Source: Flaccisagitta enflata (taxonomy: Eukaryota). From it: a stretch of 64,000 nt of DNA. Under the pieces are notes generated by a model. The model worked only from the letters and a program-made list of their open reading frames with translations, made no database searches and was not told the origin of the DNA. Position 1 is the stretch's first letter. Every line of letters begins with the position of its first letter. The stretch covers positions 26,784,001 to 26,848,000 of the forward strand of contig OZ231126.1 of NCBI GenBank assembly GCA_965153355.1, given 5' to 3'. The translations under genes were made by a program, and so were the position numbers. Of the stretch, positions 59,501 to 64,000 are shown one piece after another.

Positions 59501-60975
59501 CAATTTCGCCATCGAGGGCTAGAGAGGGTATTGTCTTTGTTGACTTGCTACTCAGACACCAGTGCAAAAAGTGGTTATTTTTCTTGCTTAGGTGAAAGAG
59601 TAGACACAGAGCTTTCAAACAAGCCCTAATTTATTGATTTTACTAATTTCCATCCCATCCAAATTCTATTACTAAGATATGATAATTAGGGTTTCTCTTA
59701 TAAGGGTGCTGAAGAGTCCAACAAGGCCAGATATCAATACATAGGTTTTTAGGCTAGAAAATTTCTGATTTGAGATCAAGGACTAATTTTTTTTGCTGAA
59801 ATGCAAGGGAACATGATCATTTACTCAAAAAAACATAGTTTTCCATATGAATATGGCTATATCTCTGATTTTTGATGTCACCTATGTAAAAACGCAATAT
59901 TTCAAAAGAGTCACATTTGGTACTAGCGCCATAGCTGCAGCAAAAACTGGTCATAGGATTAGTTTCCTCCTTGTCCAATTTGGTCATAATGGTGGTGCAA
60001 GTTGATTAGGGGCTTTGGAGAAACATCTACGCACACAAACTTTCACAAAGGCTTCAAATCTAAAACTCAACACTATTTTCTTGTTATTTTTTGTTGTATG
60101 GCCGTTAACCTAAAAGTGAGAAAAATTACCAGTTTGAAGGTCAAAACACATTTTTTTGCCTTGATCAGTTACTTAGGACATTTATCTACCAAATGGACTT
60201 CTTTGCACCACCCTGCAAGGAAAAGGGTTGTCATTTTGTTTGACCGACAATGCTCTTATCTACCGTTTGAAACCGCCTCAGCGCCGATGGCTATAAACAG
60301 CAGTCTTAATAGGGCATAAATCTTGTCAATAGGCAGAATGTCTTGATTTAAGCTATTCATGTTATGGAATCTGGCAAAGGAAGTGTCCTCCATCTATTTA
60401 TCACAAATATTCCACTATATTTGTTGTTTACAGGCCTTTGGGGGGTCTTCAAATGAATCAAAACAGGCCTATTTTGAGCCAATTTCGCCATCGAGGGCTA
60501 GAGAGGGTATTGTCTTTGGTGACTTGCTACTCAGACACCTGTGCAAAAAGTGGTTATTTTTCTTGCTTAGGTGAAAGAGTAGACACAGAGCTTTCAAACA
60601 AGCCCTAATTTATTGATTTTACTAATTTCCATCCCATCAAAATTCCATTACTAAGATATGATAATTAGGGTTTCTCTTATAAGGGTGCTGAAGAGTCCAA
60701 CAAGGCCAGATATCAATACATAGGTTTTTAGGCTAGAAAATTTCTGATTTGAGATCAAGGACTAATTTTTTTTGCTGAAATGCAAGGGAACATGATCATT
60801 TACTCAAAAAAACATAGTTTTCCATATGAATATGGCTATATCTCTGATTTTTGATGTCACCTATGTAAAAACGCAATATTTCAAAAGAGTCACATTTGGT
60901 ACTAGCGCCATAGCTGCAGCAAAAACTGGTCATAGGATTAGTTTCCTCCTTGTCCAATTTGGTCATAATGGTGGT
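50550..60975. repeat. tandem array of a ~980-bp unit (10 full units, one 371-bp partial duplication, one terminal partial unit)
   Basis: The unit start AAGGGTGCTGAAGAGTCCAAC recurs at 50550, 51517, 52494, 53472, 54452, 55424, 56388, 57371, 58351, 59702 and 60681. Copies are nearly identical. Confidence 0.97.
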
Positions 60976-63900
60976 TGTGAGATTGCGACATGGTTTCCTG
61001 CCGCCAGTTCACGCTTTTGGCGATTGCTTGTCTATTTAGCTTAGCGTGAACACGTCCTTTTTCTGCCTAATTTGCATGTTGAGGCGTGTGGAAAATGAGA
61101 ACTTCCATTGTAATTCTACATCGCCGCCAATGTGTCTATTTTGTTTAAGTAAAATAAATTAATGAAAGTTTGCCACCACACCTCTCACAAAAAGGCTCTA
61201 AATTGAACAAGAAAAAAGAAAAAATTAATACATGACCCCACAGTTGAGACAATACGAGACCAAAACGATAAAAACGATGCAATAACGATAAAACGACGTG
61301 AAAACGATAAAAATACAAGGAAAAAAATGATAAAAAACGCGCACATATTTCCAGCAGCGAAGCATCGATAAAGAATAAAATCAACTCCGTAAGACTACGG
61401 ACGGAAAAAATAAAAAAGGGCAATGCATGCGACAAAAAATGGAAACAAAAAACAAAAGACGCATTTCCAAAACTCCCGGCCAATTTTTTAATTTAAAAAA
61501 TTTTTTCCCAAAAAAGTTTCGAGAGGGGGGCAAAATCTAAGGATAGCATAAAAACAAAGAAAAATTGGGGGGGGGGGGAGATCGAGTAAGGATGGGGACA
61601 CACAAACGAAAACAGCACACACCACCCGCGCATTCCCCCCCTGGGGACGAAGGGTGCTACTGCTCTGCAGCTTGCTCAATAGACAAACACCCCCTTCCCG
61701 TCCCCTCACTCGACCATGCTACCCAAAGGACAAAATTGGCGACTAAACTACAGCTAATACAATGACAAATTAATATAACGATTCAGATGGTATGTTAATG
61801 AGACGCACCCCTACCCCCATCAAGACCCACCACCCACCGTCTACAGGGCCAGCACCCAATCACCGACCAAGGTGGCGCCGCTGCCTTAGGCTCGGTTCCA
61901 GCTTATGCCATTATCAACGTTACCGTCGACGATGAACCAGCAGCTTCACGGCGGCCTTGGGGCCTTGTTGCGCAACTACCAGGACAGTGAAAGAAAAAGA
62001 CAGGAACCAACCCTCGCCCTTAGTGGACCGACCCAAGGGATATGACCAACGACTAACGACCAAATGAGGCCTGAAACATAACCACACAGGCCACATCCAC
62101 GCCTGGGGAAAAATGGTAGCCTGCCCAGGGGCCCGCCCAACAAGACAGGAAGGCGAGGAACTCAATAAGGGGCAATACAACGCACGCCTCTTTTCATCTT
62201 TCCCTTGAAAACCTCACCCCCCACTCAACAAACGTGTTAGTACCCCAACCACGACGCTGTCCGGGAGCATAATCACTCGCGAGTGGAAGAGGCTTCTTTT
62301 TGTTGAGATCTAGGGATCATTGAGTAGACATGGGCTGCTGCCAAATTGACAATCGACTTCATCGCCCGCACGAAAGAGTCAATTCCACAATGGCCGCCAA
62401 AACAAGACATAAGAGAGCCGGCGTTGAGGAGAATTTACCTAGTTAAGACGGGGATAGGGGGGGGGGAAGGGGGGTTTGGGACCTTGTGGTATTTCCAGAC
62501 AGGGGAACATGACCGGAAATACATCAGGGATTAAAAACCAGCAATGATAAGAGATACTACACCTAAAATAAATAATTAAAGTCAGCCAACGTGTAAATGT
62601 CACGTTAAGAATAGATAGAAATAAAAAACGCGCAAACGCAAAACGAACAACGAAATCACGTGCTAAAAACGCGAAACGCAAAACGAAATTGACCAAAAAT
62701 ACCAATCAATGACCAGCAATAAATAATGTTACAATAATAATGCATAAAAATGATAAAAAGGCGCAGCCAAAAAACGACAAAACCATCCCTTATCCCCTAC
62801 CCATTGGGTAACAAATCACAAGCGATAAAAACAGAAGAAACCAAAAGAGAAAAGGAGACAGAGCGAAACGGAGCAGGGAAGAGAAAGAGTCAAAGGGAGC
62901 AGGGAAGAGAACGAAAGAACACAAGAGAGGCAAAAACGAGAAGGAAAAAAGAAAGGAGAGACCGAGAGAGAGAATGAGAAAGAGAACGAGAACGAGAAAG
63001 AGAACGAGAGAGAGAACGAGAGAGAGAACGAGAAAGAGAACGAGAAAGAGAACGAGAAAGAGAACGAGAAAGAGAACGAGAAAGAGAACGAGAAAGAGAG
63101 CGAGAGAAACAACAAAACAGAACGAGAAACAGAACGAGAGAGAACAAAAACACTACGCAAAACAAAACAATGCCCATCACCTAAAATGATGATGAGGAAG
63201 AGCGTGGAAATCGACTTTTGGAGATTCCTCTGCTTCTTTAATCCCATCGAACGTCGAGAGACGTAGCCAGTGGAGGAGGAGGAGGAGGAGAAGACGGAGG
63301 AAGGGAGAATGATCGGCGCCATCTTTGAAAGGAGCCGAGACGACGAGTGCCGCCATCTTTCTTCCTGCGTGGGCCGGAAGTGATCACGGGCGCCCTCCAG
63401 CAATTGAAAAAACCGTCCGGAAGCAACTGTTGGGTGAATACAAAGAAAACACGCAAACAGAGGACGTAAAAACGTTATCGAAACACTAACAGATAAGGGG
63501 CGGGAAAAGAAAGGGCTATGCATTGAAACGATTTGACTCAGTGCAACATGGTCAAGCAATCCTCAATGTCAATCACTCTTTCAATTAAACTTATCCGTTT
63601 TAGAAGTGTCGATATGGAACACATAAAAATGCATTCCATCGCCAAAATCCAAAATCCAGCTGTCAAAGGCCCCTCCACCGGACAAATGGAAGACTTCAAG
63701 GAGCTGGGGACGCGTCTGTTTGCAATCACGTGACTTGTATGGACATGAAGGCGCATTTGCGGAAGTGAGGCAAGAAGGGTAGATTGGATGGTAAAATAAC
63801 TCATTGATTAAAATTCCGGCCGTGAAGGATCGTTGCGTGGCCTCGGCCGCACATTTGACACGTTGGCTTATTGTCGCAGTATTTGGCCGTGTGGCCCTTC

Positions 63901-64000
63901 ACAAAGCAATGGTAGCAGAGTTCACGCTTTGACAAAATGTCCACTCTTGAGTCGACGGAGACTTCTATCAAAATGGGGCACTGGGAGGCAGGGTGGGGAT
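60976..64000. mobile_element. probable LTR retrotransposon (BEL/Pao-related) inserted into the satellite, incomplete in window
   Basis: The satellite breaks mid-unit at ...GTGGT|TGTGAGA, a TGT LTR-type terminus, and a Gag-like ORF lies 2.8 kb further on. That both belong to one element is inferred; LTR length and orientation are unresolved. Confidence 0.55.
63801..63998 (-). CDS. C-terminal end of a BEL/Pao-type Gag (zinc knuckles), 5' part outside window
   Basis: Not in the ORF track. Manual translation gives PHPASQCPILIEVSVDSRVDILSKRELCYHCFVKGHTAKYCDNKPTCQMCGRGHATILHGRNFNQ*. The pattern H-x4-C, C-x2-C-x4-H-x4-C, C-x2-C-x3-H-x-TILH matches the triple Cys-His cluster of BEL/Pao Gag. Confidence 0.8.
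   Translation of the reverse strand, partial: PHPASQCPILIEVSVDSRVDILSKRELCYHCFVKGHTAKYCDNKPTCQMCGRGHATILHGRNFNQ

Noticed and set aside
51195-61044. Recurring 67-105 aa ORFs in the satellite (MIRGFGETS..., MLWNLAKEV...)
   Set aside because: They repeat only because the unit repeats, and indels between copies shift frames freely, indicating no coding constraint.
63580-63700. WILDFG motif in another minus-strand frame downstream of Gag, reminiscent of a copia protease WILDSG
   Set aside because: It lacks the catalytic D-S/T-G, the frame stops about 20 codons later, and no RT follows.

Overview
This is repeat- and microsatellite-rich animal genomic DNA; the species cannot be identified from the sequence. 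The window holds a complete two-exon labial/Hox1 gene on the + strand (exons 5234-7403 and 31057-31754, ~955 aa, 23.6-kb intron). Convergent with it, ~14 kb downstream, is a spliced minus-strand gene that the ORF track mostly misses. Its exons assemble by hand (45838-50498) into a type II single-pass membrane protein with a C-terminal Sushi/CCP-like domain. A ~10.4-kb tandem array of a ~980-bp unit (50550-60975) follows and is cut by a probable LTR-type insertion. At the window edge lies a BEL/Pao-type Gag zinc-knuckle ORF that stops right after the knuckles. The rest is foldback MITEs, Helentron/HINE-like elements, minisatellites and microsatellites. Almost all other ORF-track entries are translations of simple repeats. 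All calls are by eye; no database searches were run.
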